Assembly: GCA_051010815.1 (NCBI GenBank)
Contig: JBPCVD010000761.1
Location: 1-53,160, forward strand
Length of the DNA: 53,160 nt
Origin: Rubripirellula sp.
GTDB taxonomy: Bacteria > Planctomycetota > Planctomycetia > Pirellulales > Pirellulaceae
Direction of reading: 5' to 3'
Shown here: piece after piece, positions 8,986 to 19,332 of the stretch
Numbering within the stretch: position 1 is the first letter of the stretch
How the letters are laid out: every line of letters starts with the position of its first letter
Notes under the pieces: generated by a model
What the model saw: only the letters and a program-made list of their open reading frames with translations
Databases searched by the model: none
Told to the model about the DNA's origin: nothing
Position numbers and translations under genes: made by a program

Positions 8986-9855
8986 ATGTCCGCAGATCCG
9001 GCATCTCATCATCCAAACTATTGGAAAGTGTTCCTGACTTTCGCGCGAAACAGCTTGGTCAGAGACATGACGTTCCGCACCAACTTTTTCATCCAATGCA
9101 TCAGCAGTCTTGGCTGGACGCTGATGAACGTCGGCTTCTATTTGATCATCTTTCAGTACACCGATTCGATCGGGCAAAATAGTGGATGGGACCGGGACAA
9201 GTTCTTCTTGTTCATCGCAACAACTTGGTTCATCAACAGCCTCGTGCAGGCTTTCTTCATGCCCAACGCGGAGGAGTTCAGCGAACTTATCCGAACTGGC
9301 GGTCTCGACTTTGCGCTCTTGAAGCCGATCGACACACAGTTCCTGGTTTCGTTTCGTCGAATCGACTGGAGCGCGCTGTCCAACTTCTTCGCTGGGTTTG
9401 TCATCGCGGCCTTCGCTTTGTACGCGTTAGGGACTCGCGATACAGACCCAATGATTCCTTCCATGATTTCGATACTGCTCTATGTCGTATTCGTCGCGTG
9501 CGGTGTCGCGATCATGTATTCTCTCATGATCTGCTTAAGTGCAACGAGCATTTGGCTAGGCCGCAATCAAACGCTTTACAACTTTTGGTTCTACATCACA
9601 AATTTCAGTCGGTACCCGATGGAGATGTACAACCGCGGTTGGGGAAGGCCACTCTTTGGGTTCTTCACGTTCGTGGTGCCGGTGCTGCTCGTCGTCAATG
9701 TTCCTGCAAGACTGCTGGCGAAACCGATCAGCCCGAGAACACGAGAAGAATGGCTGCTCGTCGCTTGGGCCGTTGTCGCAACATTTCTCAGCGTCTTGGC
9801 GAGTCGCTGGGTCTTTAAACGTGCTCTATTGAGTTATCGCAGCGCGAGCTCCTAA
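8986..9855 (+). CDS. ABC-2 type permease (DUF990/ABC2_membrane_6 family), second subunit
   Basis: IRTGxLDxxLLKP, RYPxxxY, C-terminal YRSASS typical of the family. Confidence 0.85.
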   Translation: MSADPASHHPNYWKVFLTFARNSLVRDMTFRTNFFIQCISSLGWTLMNVGFYLIIFQYTDSIGQNSGWDRDKFFLFIATTWFINSLVQAFFMPNAEEFSELIRTGGLDFALLKPIDTQFLVSFRRIDWSALSNFFAGFVIAAFALYALGTRDTDPMIPSMISILLYVVFVACGVAIMYSLMICLSATSIWLGRNQTLYNFWFYITNFSRYPMEMYNRGWGRPLFGFFTFVVPVLLVVNVPARLLAKPISPRTREEWLLVAWAVVATFLSVLASRWVFKRALLSYRSASS

Positions 9856-9932
9856 CAATATCTTGGACGTGCTGCCAAGATGAAGGTTCGCATTGCGAAC
9901 CGCATGTCAGAAAGCACCAACGAGCAATTGAA

Positions 9933-10457
9933 ATGAGCACTCAAGCGTCATCGCCCCCCCAAGACGACTTTCAGGTCAGCGACCTGAAACGCCCCGCCCC
10001 CGCCTTGCTGCGCTACTACTTTCTGTGCAGTTGCTTCTTAGGCCCCTTTTTCCCGCTCATGTTCATTCCCTTGCTATGCAAGTACGTGACGCTGCAGTAT
10101 CGCTTTGACGAAAGCGGAATCGCGATGAAATGGGGAGTTCTTTTCCGTCGAGAGATCTACCTGACCTACCGACGCATCCAGGACATCCATCTAACACGTA
10201 ACATCTTTCAACGATGGCTTGGACTGGCGACGCTTGATGTCCAGACCGCTTCGGGGAGTGCAACGCCGGAAATGAGCATTGAGGGGATCCTGGAAGCGGA
10301 GCCCTTACGTGACCATCTCTATGCCATGATGCGTGGTTCCCGTAACGAAGCCGATCACCCGGAATCAGAACCAGAGTCCGACGAAGCACTGTCCCTGCTA
10401 ACGGAAATACGCGACTCGATGCGTCAGCTTGCCGGAACGAGGTCAGACGATGAGTAG
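9933..10457 (+). CDS. membrane-anchored bacterial PH-domain (bPH_2) protein
   Basis: TM region, then GVLFRRExxLxYxRIQDI...QRWLGLATLxVQTASG. Confidence 0.85.
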   Translation: MSTQASSPPQDDFQVSDLKRPAPALLRYYFLCSCFLGPFFPLMFIPLLCKYVTLQYRFDESGIAMKWGVLFRREIYLTYRRIQDIHLTRNIFQRWLGLATLDVQTASGSATPEMSIEGILEAEPLRDHLYAMMRGSRNEADHPESEPESDEALSLLTEIRDSMRQLAGTRSDDE

Positions 10458-11193
10458 TGCAACATCGCCGCGCACGTCGTGGATCTATGAAGGCATCTGG
10501 GGAATGCTGACGAGCCTCTTCTGCGTACCACGCGATCCCCCAGAACTTCCCCTCCATACCAAAGCGAGTGTGGTCACCAGAAAACCATCACCGGGTTTTG
10601 TCCGGTATTTGAAGTTTCAGTTTTGGATCGTCATGATGATTCTTTTGGTGGTCCTGGGCATTGGATCGGTGATCGCATTGATCGCGTCAGAGAGCGCCTG
10701 GGTTCTACTCGGCAGCATCGTGCTACTGACGCCCATCGTCGTAATCGGTGCGATCAACTACCTTGCCATCTACTTGCGTTTTGACACAACGTGGTATGTA
10801 TTCAGCGATCGCAGCATGCGACTTCGACGCGGAATTTGGTTCATTCGAGAGTCGACGATCACCTTCGAAAACGTTCAAAACGTGAAAGTCACCCAAGGCC
10901 CATTGCAACGCTATTTCGGTATCGCCAATGTTGTCGTTGAGACGGCAGGCGGTGGTAGCAATCCGAACAATCCTCATGCGGGAGCTGCAATGCATGCTGG
11001 CTTGATCGAGGGTGTTGCTGAAGCGTCTGAAATTCGCGACTCCATCATGAGTCACGTCCGCCTCGGTCATACCTCAGGACTCGGCGACGAGGCCGAAACG
11101 CGGGCGACGACAGGAATGTCATCTAATCAGCTGTCTGTGCTGCGTGAAATCCGAGACCTCGCGAAAACTGTCGCAGCGAGACAAAACCCGTAG
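10450..11193 (+). CDS. membrane-anchored bacterial PH-domain (bPH_2) protein
   Basis: Two TMs, RRGIW...ITFENVQNV.VTQGPLQRYFGIAxVxVETAGG. Overlaps the upstream paralog. Confidence 0.85.
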   Translation: MSSATSPRTSWIYEGIWGMLTSLFCVPRDPPELPLHTKASVVTRKPSPGFVRYLKFQFWIVMMILLVVLGIGSVIALIASESAWVLLGSIVLLTPIVVIGAINYLAIYLRFDTTWYVFSDRSMRLRRGIWFIRESTITFENVQNVKVTQGPLQRYFGIANVVVETAGGGSNPNNPHAGAAMHAGLIEGVAEASEIRDSIMSHVRLGHTSGLGDEAETRATTGMSSNQLSVLREIRDLAKTVAARQNP

Positions 11194-11226
11194 CAATGAT
11201 CGTGCGAATGGTTCCGGGAACCGAGA

Positions 11227-13440
11227 TCATTCCATGACGATTTCGGAAGCTTCAGATTCAAGCCCGAGGCTGTTCACACTGATCACGCGGTAGGTCACTG
11301 GCCCCTCCGTCACACTCACTGCATCCTTGAAGCACATCTCAGCCAAAGGTTGCGATGGGGTCCCCGAGTAGGTCATCACCTGGAAAATGGGACGTCCGAA
11401 ACGTGAAGTCGGCTCGGCGGGTAGTACTGCGATCGAGTTTCCGTTTCTTTCGATTCGAAAACTTCCGATTCCACTTTCAAAGTCTGCCTCCGCCGACCAA
11501 CGCAGCGTGACTTCGTCGGGTCCACGAACTGCTTGCACATCCATCGGTGGACTGGGCGGCGTCTCGTCGACCACATTGCCAGTTCGCACAAAGCTTGACC
11601 AAGCCCTCGCGAATTCGGCGTTCGGCAACCACGACAACGTCTCCGATGCCTCGCTTCGTTCCGCAGCCGCCACAACGTTTCCATCGGCGTCGCCAAACCG
11701 AGACTTGGTGAAGTCGATAGCTCGCAGGGCCTGTGCAGGCGACCGTCCAGTCGGAAGTCGCAACTGTAAACAAGCGTCAAAGAATGGAATTGCAAGGTAG
11801 CGGGAATCGCCACACTCATGACCAGTTCGGGGGTCCGGGGCGATTCCGAAAGGTGCATTCTCTCGCCGGTACGCCGTTTTCATGTCATGCAGCCCATCCC
11901 AAGCGCGATGGAAACGCTCGTGCGACTTTTCCTCGAAACCTGGGCAAGCCATCACCGGCACCGCGAATACCGCCGGGGTCAAATCGGGCTTTTCTACCTC
12001 GCCTGATTCCCAATAGCCGAACGCGGTTCCCGATTGCAACCAAACAGCCGCAACTCGCTCAGGATGCATCGTTTGCATCAAGCTTGCCCAAAACCCACCC
12101 CCTGAGTGCCCCCACAAACACCACGGAGCCGTCCGCAATTCTTCATGCCCGGTCGACGTGGCGAAGTGATCAATTGCGGCCAAGAAAGAATCACGCGACC
12201 CATTTCGCGGATCGCACCACAAACGACATGCGGCGCCTGCTCGGCCTTCGTAGGACGATCCCATCAACGCACAGTTCCAGCGTTTCGCCAAAGCACGCCA
12301 ATGCAAATCATCGACTGCAGTCAATCCCGCGTTCGATGCTCCAGGCCCACAGCCGTGTTGATGAACGACAATTCCTCGCAGCGGTTCGCTGCCTGCCGGA
12401 ATCCAAAGATCATAGTCGACGAACAACGACAATTCCCCCGAACGGCTCGAAGCTGGGATGTGCAAGCTATGGACATCCTCCGTTTTTTGACGATCCAATT
12501 GCCGCTGAGCGCGAGGGCCAATCTGCTTCCCAAGCTCGTCAGCCTCGGCCTTTGCTTCCGTGATGGGTTTCCCAGCTTTAACGCCGGGGCGCAGGTGTCC
12601 GACCTCTGACAGCCACGCGTTGTGCATCAGTTGCTGGCGACGGGATATCAGAGTTTGTAGGCCTTCATCGGGAGCTACCAAATCACCGAGTCCCCATGCG
12701 TTCGAAATGGCCTGCGCAATGACTTCCTGTCCTTCCTTGTTCACGTGGACGCCATCCGGCGACATCGTAAATCCGGGATCGACTGCGCGTTTTGAAGCCA
12801 GATATTCTGTCACCGCCGAGTGAAGGTCGATCGTCATCTCAACGCGATCGTTCTGAGCCAGCACCCAAGCCGCATATTTCTTCATGACGTCGTCGTAGTC
12901 CTCGTAGATTGCATTCCACGAATACTTCTCCGCTCCAAGAGCGAGTAAACGATCCTTCTGACGCATCGGAAGTGGATCGAACGCTGGTGGCGTCATCAAC
13001 ACAAGCTTGGCCCCAGATGCATTTACCTTGCTGATAATTTCGTCAATCCCTTCTCGATAGGCCTGAAAACGCTCTTCCGAAAAGGGATAGTAGATCCCGT
13101 CGTTCATCCCGTAACATGCGACCACCACATCCGGCTTCACCTTAGCGAGAGCGCGGTCCAATCGTTCACGTACGTCGGGACGAGGAAATGGGTGCTCAGG
13201 TTCCGACAACCCACTGCAAGTTTCACTTGGCAATCCGAGGTTGAGCAACTCCATTTCAGATGCATGACCTTGCAGTCGCAATTGCGATTCAAGCAGCGTG
13301 ATGTAGTGCCCCGCATGCGTAATCGAATCCCCCAGGAACAGGACTCGCTTTGCATCGGCCGGGAAGACCGGTGATTCACCTAACCCAACCGATGAGGAAC
13401 AAGCGATGAATGCGATGAGGAGGATTCTTCGATACCACAT
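11227..13440 (-). CDS. exported fusion of an SGNH/GDSL esterase, an alpha/beta hydrolase and an FN3-like domain
   Basis: FLGDSIT, YGMND and DGVH (SGNH blocks); HQHGCG and GHSGGG (second hydrolase); PPSPP...W...Y.V.SVN..G.ES (FN3). Start MWYRR at 13440 gives a signal peptide. Confidence 0.82.
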   Translation of the reverse strand: MWYRRILLIAFIACSSSVGLGESPVFPADAKRVLFLGDSITHAGHYITLLESQLRLQGHASEMELLNLGLPSETCSGLSEPEHPFPRPDVRERLDRALAKVKPDVVVACYGMNDGIYYPFSEERFQAYREGIDEIISKVNASGAKLVLMTPPAFDPLPMRQKDRLLALGAEKYSWNAIYEDYDDVMKKYAAWVLAQNDRVEMTIDLHSAVTEYLASKRAVDPGFTMSPDGVHVNKEGQEVIAQAISNAWGLGDLVAPDEGLQTLISRRQQLMHNAWLSEVGHLRPGVKAGKPITEAKAEADELGKQIGPRAQRQLDRQKTEDVHSLHIPASSRSGELSLFVDYDLWIPAGSEPLRGIVVHQHGCGPGASNAGLTAVDDLHWRALAKRWNCALMGSSYEGRAGAACRLWCDPRNGSRDSFLAAIDHFATSTGHEELRTAPWCLWGHSGGGFWASLMQTMHPERVAAVWLQSGTAFGYWESGEVEKPDLTPAVFAVPVMACPGFEEKSHERFHRAWDGLHDMKTAYRRENAPFGIAPDPRTGHECGDSRYLAIPFFDACLQLRLPTGRSPAQALRAIDFTKSRFGDADGNVVAAAERSEASETLSWLPNAEFARAWSSFVRTGNVVDETPPSPPMDVQAVRGPDEVTLRWSAEADFESGIGSFRIERNGNSIAVLPAEPTSRFGRPIFQVMTYSGTPSQPLAEMCFKDAVSVTEGPVTYRVISVNSLGLESEASEIVME

Positions 13441-13493
13441 GTTTTGACTCGAATTGAAGAACTGGCGATACCCTACCAGGGCACAGAAGAAGG

Positions 13494-15680
13494 CTAGCTG
13501 CCAATGGATGCAAGCCAAATCAGCAACCCGATGATCAAGACGCACACAATGCAGGAAGCCATGAATCCGAATACGTCCATGAAAGTGGGACGGACGAATT
13601 CCCAATCCGAACCGGGCAACAATTTGCGACCCTGGGTCGACTCTGGATCGGCGTACGCGATCGACAGAGCTTGTGCGTCTTTTTCGGGATGGGGATCCAC
13701 GGGAGTGTTCATTTTGGCGAAGTACCGATTCAAAACGGTCTCGGTACCACGTGGCGTGAAATAGCTAAGCAAGAGCAGCACCGCAAACGGAGCCAACAGG
13801 CGAGCGGGAAGACGCAGCGTTTCCAGAGTAGCCTTGCTGGAATTCGACAAGTCGACACCAATCAACGAGTACAGCAGGAAATCGAGATTGAGCGAACCGT
13901 TCCCTTTTTGAGGTCCGATGATTCGCTCCGTCTTGATCAGAACCCCATTCACCGTTTCCTCGCCCACCAACTCCACTTCGCGACCAGTGCCCCCCGTGGG
14001 TTCGACTCCGCCACGCCAAAAAATCGACTGACCTCCGCTCTTTGTTTGGATCGTGATCGGCTCCCCGACGTTGGCAGACGGTGGCTGCATCCCCAGTGCC
14101 TTCAATGCGTCATCGTGATCCTTCTTTTGGGCTGGATCTTGCGTGTCTCCGTACTGGCGATCAATCTCCGCTTTTGCTGTGGCCCAAGCCTCGTGACGGG
14201 CGATATCTGACTCTGTCGCAGGACGTTCGAACGTCTTGGTCACCAGTTGCGTCGTCGTCGAAAGCGCCGCGTTGGTCCGGATCGAACGACTGAACATTGG
14301 GATACAGACTGGTAGCACAAAGAAGACCAGCAGAGAAAACAGAATCGTTCCCCAAACGGCAGTTCGGTTCACACGTCTCCAATACATCCCCAGCCAGAAT
14401 GGCGCCGCGAACAGAATCGGTAATTCCATCGCCATCTTGAATTGGGCGAAGACGTCGGCGTAGGTCAACGCGACAACGGCCGCACCCATGATGATCACCA
14501 AGCCCGTCAAACGTCCCACCAGCACGTACTGTTTTTCACCTGCATTCGGATTGATGTACGCCGCGTAGACGTTTCGAACGACCAACCCCGATGTCACGAT
14601 CATGTAGGTGTCTGCGGAACTCATCATGGCCGCGAGCAGGCATGCCAACATCAACCCGACCAACCCCAGATTCAGGGGACCGAGAATCTCCCTTGCTGCG
14701 ACTCCCCAAACTTGATCTGGATCTTCAGCAATCTCAACGCTACCGGCCAACAGCGCCAAGGATATTAGCGCCGTCAACGCCCAACCCACGGTACATATCC
14801 GTTTGAGAAAGTTGCCAACGACCAGTCCGATTCTCGCCTCATCCTCCGACTTGGCGGAGCCGCCACCGGTCGCGATAAAGTGAGGCTGAACCACAATGCC
14901 GACCATTCCCAGCAGCGACAGCGAGATGATGTATTGAACCGGAAAATCGCCGCTACTGGGTCCAGAGAAAAGGCTGAAATAGTCCGACGGGACACGTTCG
15001 TGCATGATCCGGAAACCATCCATCAACCCCTGTTCACCCGGGCCGCCAAATTCCGCAGCCAGAGCCCAGAGCCCATAGGGGATGAGCAACACGGAAAGGA
15101 GAATGATGAACAAGCCCTGAATCAAGTCAGTCCAGTACGCGGCGGTGAGTCCACCCAGTACGCCATATAGAATCACGATGCCCGCGATCAAGGGAACCAG
15201 CGTGTACTTGAGTTCGTAACCAAACCACCCGTTTTCGACGCCCAACAAGGGGCCGGCAAACTTGGCGATCGCAGAAAACATCGTCGACAGATAGACCATG
15301 TAGAAGACGATGGCGAACAACGTGTAGGCCACACCCATGGAACGTGATTCGTAGCGTTCGACAAACCAGTCCCCCAGCGTGAGATGACGCATCCGCCGAT
15401 ACCAAACTGCGGTGATCCAATAGATCGGCGTCACAAACAACCACATCAATGCTGACCACACGCCGCTAAGCCCACTTGTCCAGGCCGTACTGCCGACCTG
15501 TACCGGTTCGTGTGCCCCCGTCCCCGCACCAAAGGCCGCGAACGTCTGCAACAACTTTCCGAACCCACGCCCCCCCATGAAGTAGTCCTCCTGATCGCTC
15601 ACCCGTCGCATCGCCCAGATCCCGATCGCGATCATGACGAGGAAGTAAGTGATCAGTACCAGATAGTCGATGAGTTGCAT
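13494..15680 (-). CDS. sodium:solute symporter (SSS) family transporter
   Basis: EDYFMGGR, YGVLGGLxA..WTDxIQG, LAAMMSSAD; many TM helices. Confidence 0.92.
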   Translation of the reverse strand: MQLIDYLVLITYFLVMIAIGIWAMRRVSDQEDYFMGGRGFGKLLQTFAAFGAGTGAHEPVQVGSTAWTSGLSGVWSALMWLFVTPIYWITAVWYRRMRHLTLGDWFVERYESRSMGVAYTLFAIVFYMVYLSTMFSAIAKFAGPLLGVENGWFGYELKYTLVPLIAGIVILYGVLGGLTAAYWTDLIQGLFIILLSVLLIPYGLWALAAEFGGPGEQGLMDGFRIMHERVPSDYFSLFSGPSSGDFPVQYIISLSLLGMVGIVVQPHFIATGGGSAKSEDEARIGLVVGNFLKRICTVGWALTALISLALLAGSVEIAEDPDQVWGVAAREILGPLNLGLVGLMLACLLAAMMSSADTYMIVTSGLVVRNVYAAYINPNAGEKQYVLVGRLTGLVIIMGAAVVALTYADVFAQFKMAMELPILFAAPFWLGMYWRRVNRTAVWGTILFSLLVFFVLPVCIPMFSRSIRTNAALSTTTQLVTKTFERPATESDIARHEAWATAKAEIDRQYGDTQDPAQKKDHDDALKALGMQPPSANVGEPITIQTKSGGQSIFWRGGVEPTGGTGREVELVGEETVNGVLIKTERIIGPQKGNGSLNLDFLLYSLIGVDLSNSSKATLETLRLPARLLAPFAVLLLLSYFTPRGTETVLNRYFAKMNTPVDPHPEKDAQALSIAYADPESTQGRKLLPGSDWEFVRPTFMDVFGFMASCIVCVLIIGLLIWLASIGS

Positions 15681-15918
15681 GGCAATGCCTGCGAATCACT
15701 GCAGCGGAGGATGGGGAAGTTGTCGACCAAGATCAGGCCGACTGCCGATTCAGGTGGGAAGGCAACAGTTTAGTGGGAATCCGAGAGCAGATGCGCCACA
15801 GCAGGCTTCAGAAACAGCATTGGGCGACCGACGCGATCCTGCTGATCTTTCCCGTCTCTCCTGCTCCTTGAATCCCTGCGCGGTTGTCGGATGACGCCCA
15901 CCGCACTACCAATTACTC

Positions 15919-17850
15919 ATGCCAAGCAAACCCAGCCGAACGCGATTCGCCGAATATCGACAGACCGTCCGTGACCGAAATGCCAGTGGCCAGCGACCTT
16001 CATCGCACGGTCACGGCGATCGGAACCCGAAGAAACTGGGGGAAAAGGATCGGAAATTCTGGGAGCTGTTTACTCAATTCCTGAAATTGATCTCAGGGCA
16101 TCGCCGCCAAATCATGACGGCCCTCGCTCTACTGACAGTCGGAATTGGACTCCGGTTGATCCCACCGTTGGGCACGAAACTGGCAATCGACTCGGCACTC
16201 ACCGCGCCCCCCAAGCCATTGCCAGGATGGCTGGCGTCTTTGTCCTTGCCAACGGATCCGATGGACCTGCTCCTGACCATCGCTGCCGTCGTGGTTGGCG
16301 TCACGATGCTGTCGACGGTCGTGCATCTGTCCAGCCGCTGGATTGCCACCAAAGCGGTTAATCAGACTCAAGTGTCGATCCGGCGTGAGGTCTTCGAACA
16401 CGCGATCAAATTGCCGCTCAATCGAGTCTATGACATGAAGAGCGGAGGCGTTGCGAGCCTGATTCGCGAAGACGCAGGTGGTGTCGCCGACCTCATTTTC
16501 AGCATGCTGTACAACCCTTGGCGCGCGATCGTGCAGTTCGTCGGCAGCCTGATCATTTTAATGCTGGTCGACTGGAAACTGATGGTTGGCGGATTGTTAC
16601 TCCTTCCCGTCGTGTGGGTCACGCACCGAACGTGGATCAACCGAATTCGTCCGCTCTACCGCGACATTCGAAAACAGAGACAGCGGATCGATGGGAACGC
16701 GACGGAGACATTCAGCGGTATCCGCGTGGTCCGTACATTCTCTCAGAATCGCAATGAGTCGTCACGTTTCGTTCGTGAAGGCGACTACTTAGTTCGACAA
16801 CAACTATTCACGTGGTGGTGGACACGCATCATCGAGACGGTATGGGAAGTCGTGATCCCACTGGCGTCGACAGGCCTGCTGCTCTACGGCGGCTACCAAA
16901 TCATCCAAGGCGAGCTAACACTGGGCGATCTGATGATGTTTCTGGTCTACCTCACGATGCTACTCGATCCGCTTGCAACGATCGCCGCAAGCGCCGTTAC
17001 GTTTCAAAACAACCTTGCCGGTCTCGACCGTGTATTGGATGTGTTGGAGATTGATCATGAATTAGAAACACGTCCTGACGCCGTCGCGCTGCGACGTTCG
17101 GATGTGAGAGGAGCGATCTCCATCCGCGATGTCTCGTTCAGCTACCCCGATTCCGAGCCAACGGTATTGCATGATCTTTCCCTCGAAGTTGAGGCTGGAC
17201 AGACCATTGCGTTGGTGGGTCGCAGCGGTGCCGGCAAAACAACGCTCACTAATTTGATTGCTCGGTTCTATGACGCGAATTCCGGAAGCATTTGCCTGGA
17301 CGGTCGTGATCTGCGTGACATCGAACTGAACAGTTATCGCAACCTGCTTGGCATTGTCGAACAGGACGTGTTTCTCTTTGACGGAACGATTCAAGAGAAC
17401 ATCGCCTACGCGCGACGACGAGCCAGCCGGGTCGACGTCATTGCTGCTGCCAAGGCAGCAGCCGCCGACGAATTCATCCAAAATCTGCCGGACGGATATG
17501 AGTCGGTAATTGGCGAACGGGGCGTGAAGTTGTCGGGTGGTCAACGACAACGAATCGCTATCGCGCGTGCCATCCTTGCCGATCCAAAGATCCTGGTGCT
17601 CGATGAAGCGACCAGCAACCTCGATAGTGAAAGCGAACGTCTGATTCAGCATAGCCTAGCCGAACTGCTTCAAGATCGAACTGCTTTCGTGATCGCTCAC
17701 CGCCTCAGCACGATTGCCGGTGCCGACAAGATCGTCGTTCTCGAGGATGGACGGATCGTAGAAACAGGCACGCATGAAGAGCTTCTGAATGACGGTGGAC
17801 GCTATCGGGACATGGTGTACTTGCAGATGAGCGAAGGTGTCGCAAACTAG
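15919..17850 (+). CDS. ABC exporter, fused permease/ATPase (MsbA/MdlB-like)
   Basis: Walker A GRSGAGKT, signature LSGGQRQR, Walker B ILVLDEATS, IAHRLST; N-terminal TM domain. Confidence 0.95.
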   Translation: MPSKPSRTRFAEYRQTVRDRNASGQRPSSHGHGDRNPKKLGEKDRKFWELFTQFLKLISGHRRQIMTALALLTVGIGLRLIPPLGTKLAIDSALTAPPKPLPGWLASLSLPTDPMDLLLTIAAVVVGVTMLSTVVHLSSRWIATKAVNQTQVSIRREVFEHAIKLPLNRVYDMKSGGVASLIREDAGGVADLIFSMLYNPWRAIVQFVGSLIILMLVDWKLMVGGLLLLPVVWVTHRTWINRIRPLYRDIRKQRQRIDGNATETFSGIRVVRTFSQNRNESSRFVREGDYLVRQQLFTWWWTRIIETVWEVVIPLASTGLLLYGGYQIIQGELTLGDLMMFLVYLTMLLDPLATIAASAVTFQNNLAGLDRVLDVLEIDHELETRPDAVALRRSDVRGAISIRDVSFSYPDSEPTVLHDLSLEVEAGQTIALVGRSGAGKTTLTNLIARFYDANSGSICLDGRDLRDIELNSYRNLLGIVEQDVFLFDGTIQENIAYARRRASRVDVIAAAKAAAADEFIQNLPDGYESVIGERGVKLSGGQRQRIAIARAILADPKILVLDEATSNLDSESERLIQHSLAELLQDRTAFVIAHRLSTIAGADKIVVLEDGRIVETGTHEELLNDGGRYRDMVYLQMSEGVAN

Positions 17851-17921
17851 GGCGTCCTTGGGCATCCTATGGCGTCGCTGAGGTCGTCGATCAATCGCGA
17901 TTTCTGCCTCGAGCGGTTGTT

Positions 17922-17930
17922 TGCTATAGT
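17922..17930 (+). promoter_or_regulatory. candidate extended -10 promoter element TGCTATAGT
   Basis: Close match to TGnTATAAT, about 50 bp upstream of ATG 17979. Confidence 0.4.
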
Positions 17931-17978
17931 TTGATCGCCTGCCTTTCCAGCCAACCCGATCCTACCAGCCTCATTCGA

Positions 17979-19274
17979 ATGATGAACCGCAGCCTGATCC
18001 GATTGATCTTTGCCTCCGCCTTGATCCCTTGTACCACAAGCGCGCTCGCGGAAAACGCTGACTGGCCGCAGTGGCGGGGGACAAGTCGAAATGGACATGC
18101 GGCGCCTCAAGAGCTGATGCAATCTTGGCCAGAGGGTGGCCCCAGTGTGCGATGGAGTTTCGAAGACGCCGGGGTCGGCTATTCGACCGTTGCAGTCGTC
18201 GATGGTCGCCTCTACACATTGGGTGCGAACGAAGAGAATTGCTTCGCGATCTGCTTGGACATGAAAGACGGGTCACTCGTATGGAAACGTGACTTCGCGC
18301 GGGCCAGCACGTCCGATGACTACAACCATGGCTGGGGCGGAGGCCCCAGAAGCACGCCAACGGTCAATGGCGACCAGGTTTTCGTGCTAAGCGATGTGGG
18401 CATTTTGGCCGGCCTCGACAAGGCAACCGGCGACGTACAGTGGAAGACCGATCTTGTGACAGAACATGGCGGCAAGATTCCTGTGTGGGGCTACAGCGAT
18501 TCGCCCTTGGTCGACGAGTCACGCGTGGTGGTGACCCCCGGCGAGTCCAAGTTCATGGTTGCTGTCGACCGAAGCAATGGCAAAGAAGTTTGGCGCAGTA
18601 AGGGGGTCGACGCACCGGCTCAATATGTATCGATCATGAAGGGACGCGTTGGAGAAACCGATTATTACGTCACGGCCAACAAGGAGGGTCTGGTGGCCTT
18701 CGATTGCGTTCGCGGCGAAAAGTTGTTTTCCGATCCCACCACGGGGAACGGTGTGGCCGTCATTCCCACTCCCATCCTCGAAGGGAACCAGCTTTATCAC
18801 ACAAGCGATTACGGCGCCGGAAACACGCTTCTTGATCTCAGCAGTGAAGGGCAGGGGAGTATCAAAGCCGATTCTGTCTATCACCTGAACGCAAAGACCA
18901 TGCAGAACCATCACGGTGGAGTGGTTTTGGTAGAGGGGACCATTTACGGCTTTACCAAAGCGAATGGCGGAGCGTGGATGGCGCAGGACATGGAGAGCGG
19001 AGAAACTCTTTGGGATGAACGCATCAAGCCGAACAAGAGTGGCTCCATCTGTTACGCCGATGGACGTCTCTACTGCTACAACGACAAGGAAGGAACGGTG
19101 TTCCTCGTCGAGCCAAGTCGCGAGGGTTGGCTACGCAAAGGGGACTTGAAGATTCCACGTCAAACAAAGATCCCAAGGAACAAAGGGGCGATTTGGGCGC
19201 ACCCTATCGTGGCCGACCAAACCCTGATCATTCGCGACCAAGATCTTATCTACGCTTTTGACATCGCCCAGTAA
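17979..19274 (+). CDS. exported PQQ-like beta-propeller repeat protein (BamB-like)
   Basis: Signal peptide, DWPQWRG, GPRSTP, YSDSPLV, WAHP; typical planctomycete family. Confidence 0.9.
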   Translation: MMNRSLIRLIFASALIPCTTSALAENADWPQWRGTSRNGHAAPQELMQSWPEGGPSVRWSFEDAGVGYSTVAVVDGRLYTLGANEENCFAICLDMKDGSLVWKRDFARASTSDDYNHGWGGGPRSTPTVNGDQVFVLSDVGILAGLDKATGDVQWKTDLVTEHGGKIPVWGYSDSPLVDESRVVVTPGESKFMVAVDRSNGKEVWRSKGVDAPAQYVSIMKGRVGETDYYVTANKEGLVAFDCVRGEKLFSDPTTGNGVAVIPTPILEGNQLYHTSDYGAGNTLLDLSSEGQGSIKADSVYHLNAKTMQNHHGGVVLVEGTIYGFTKANGGAWMAQDMESGETLWDERIKPNKSGSICYADGRLYCYNDKEGTVFLVEPSREGWLRKGDLKIPRQTKIPRNKGAIWAHPIVADQTLIIRDQDLIYAFDIAQ

Positions 19275-19332
19275 CGTCTTTGCCAATGACCGCCCTTAGC
19301 GATCCGGTGAGCCAAGCGTGAATCGTGAAATT

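Noticed and set aside
13441-13605. Extended start of the SGNH fusion ORF
   Set aside because: It overlaps the SSS gene; ATG 13440 gives a proper signal peptide.
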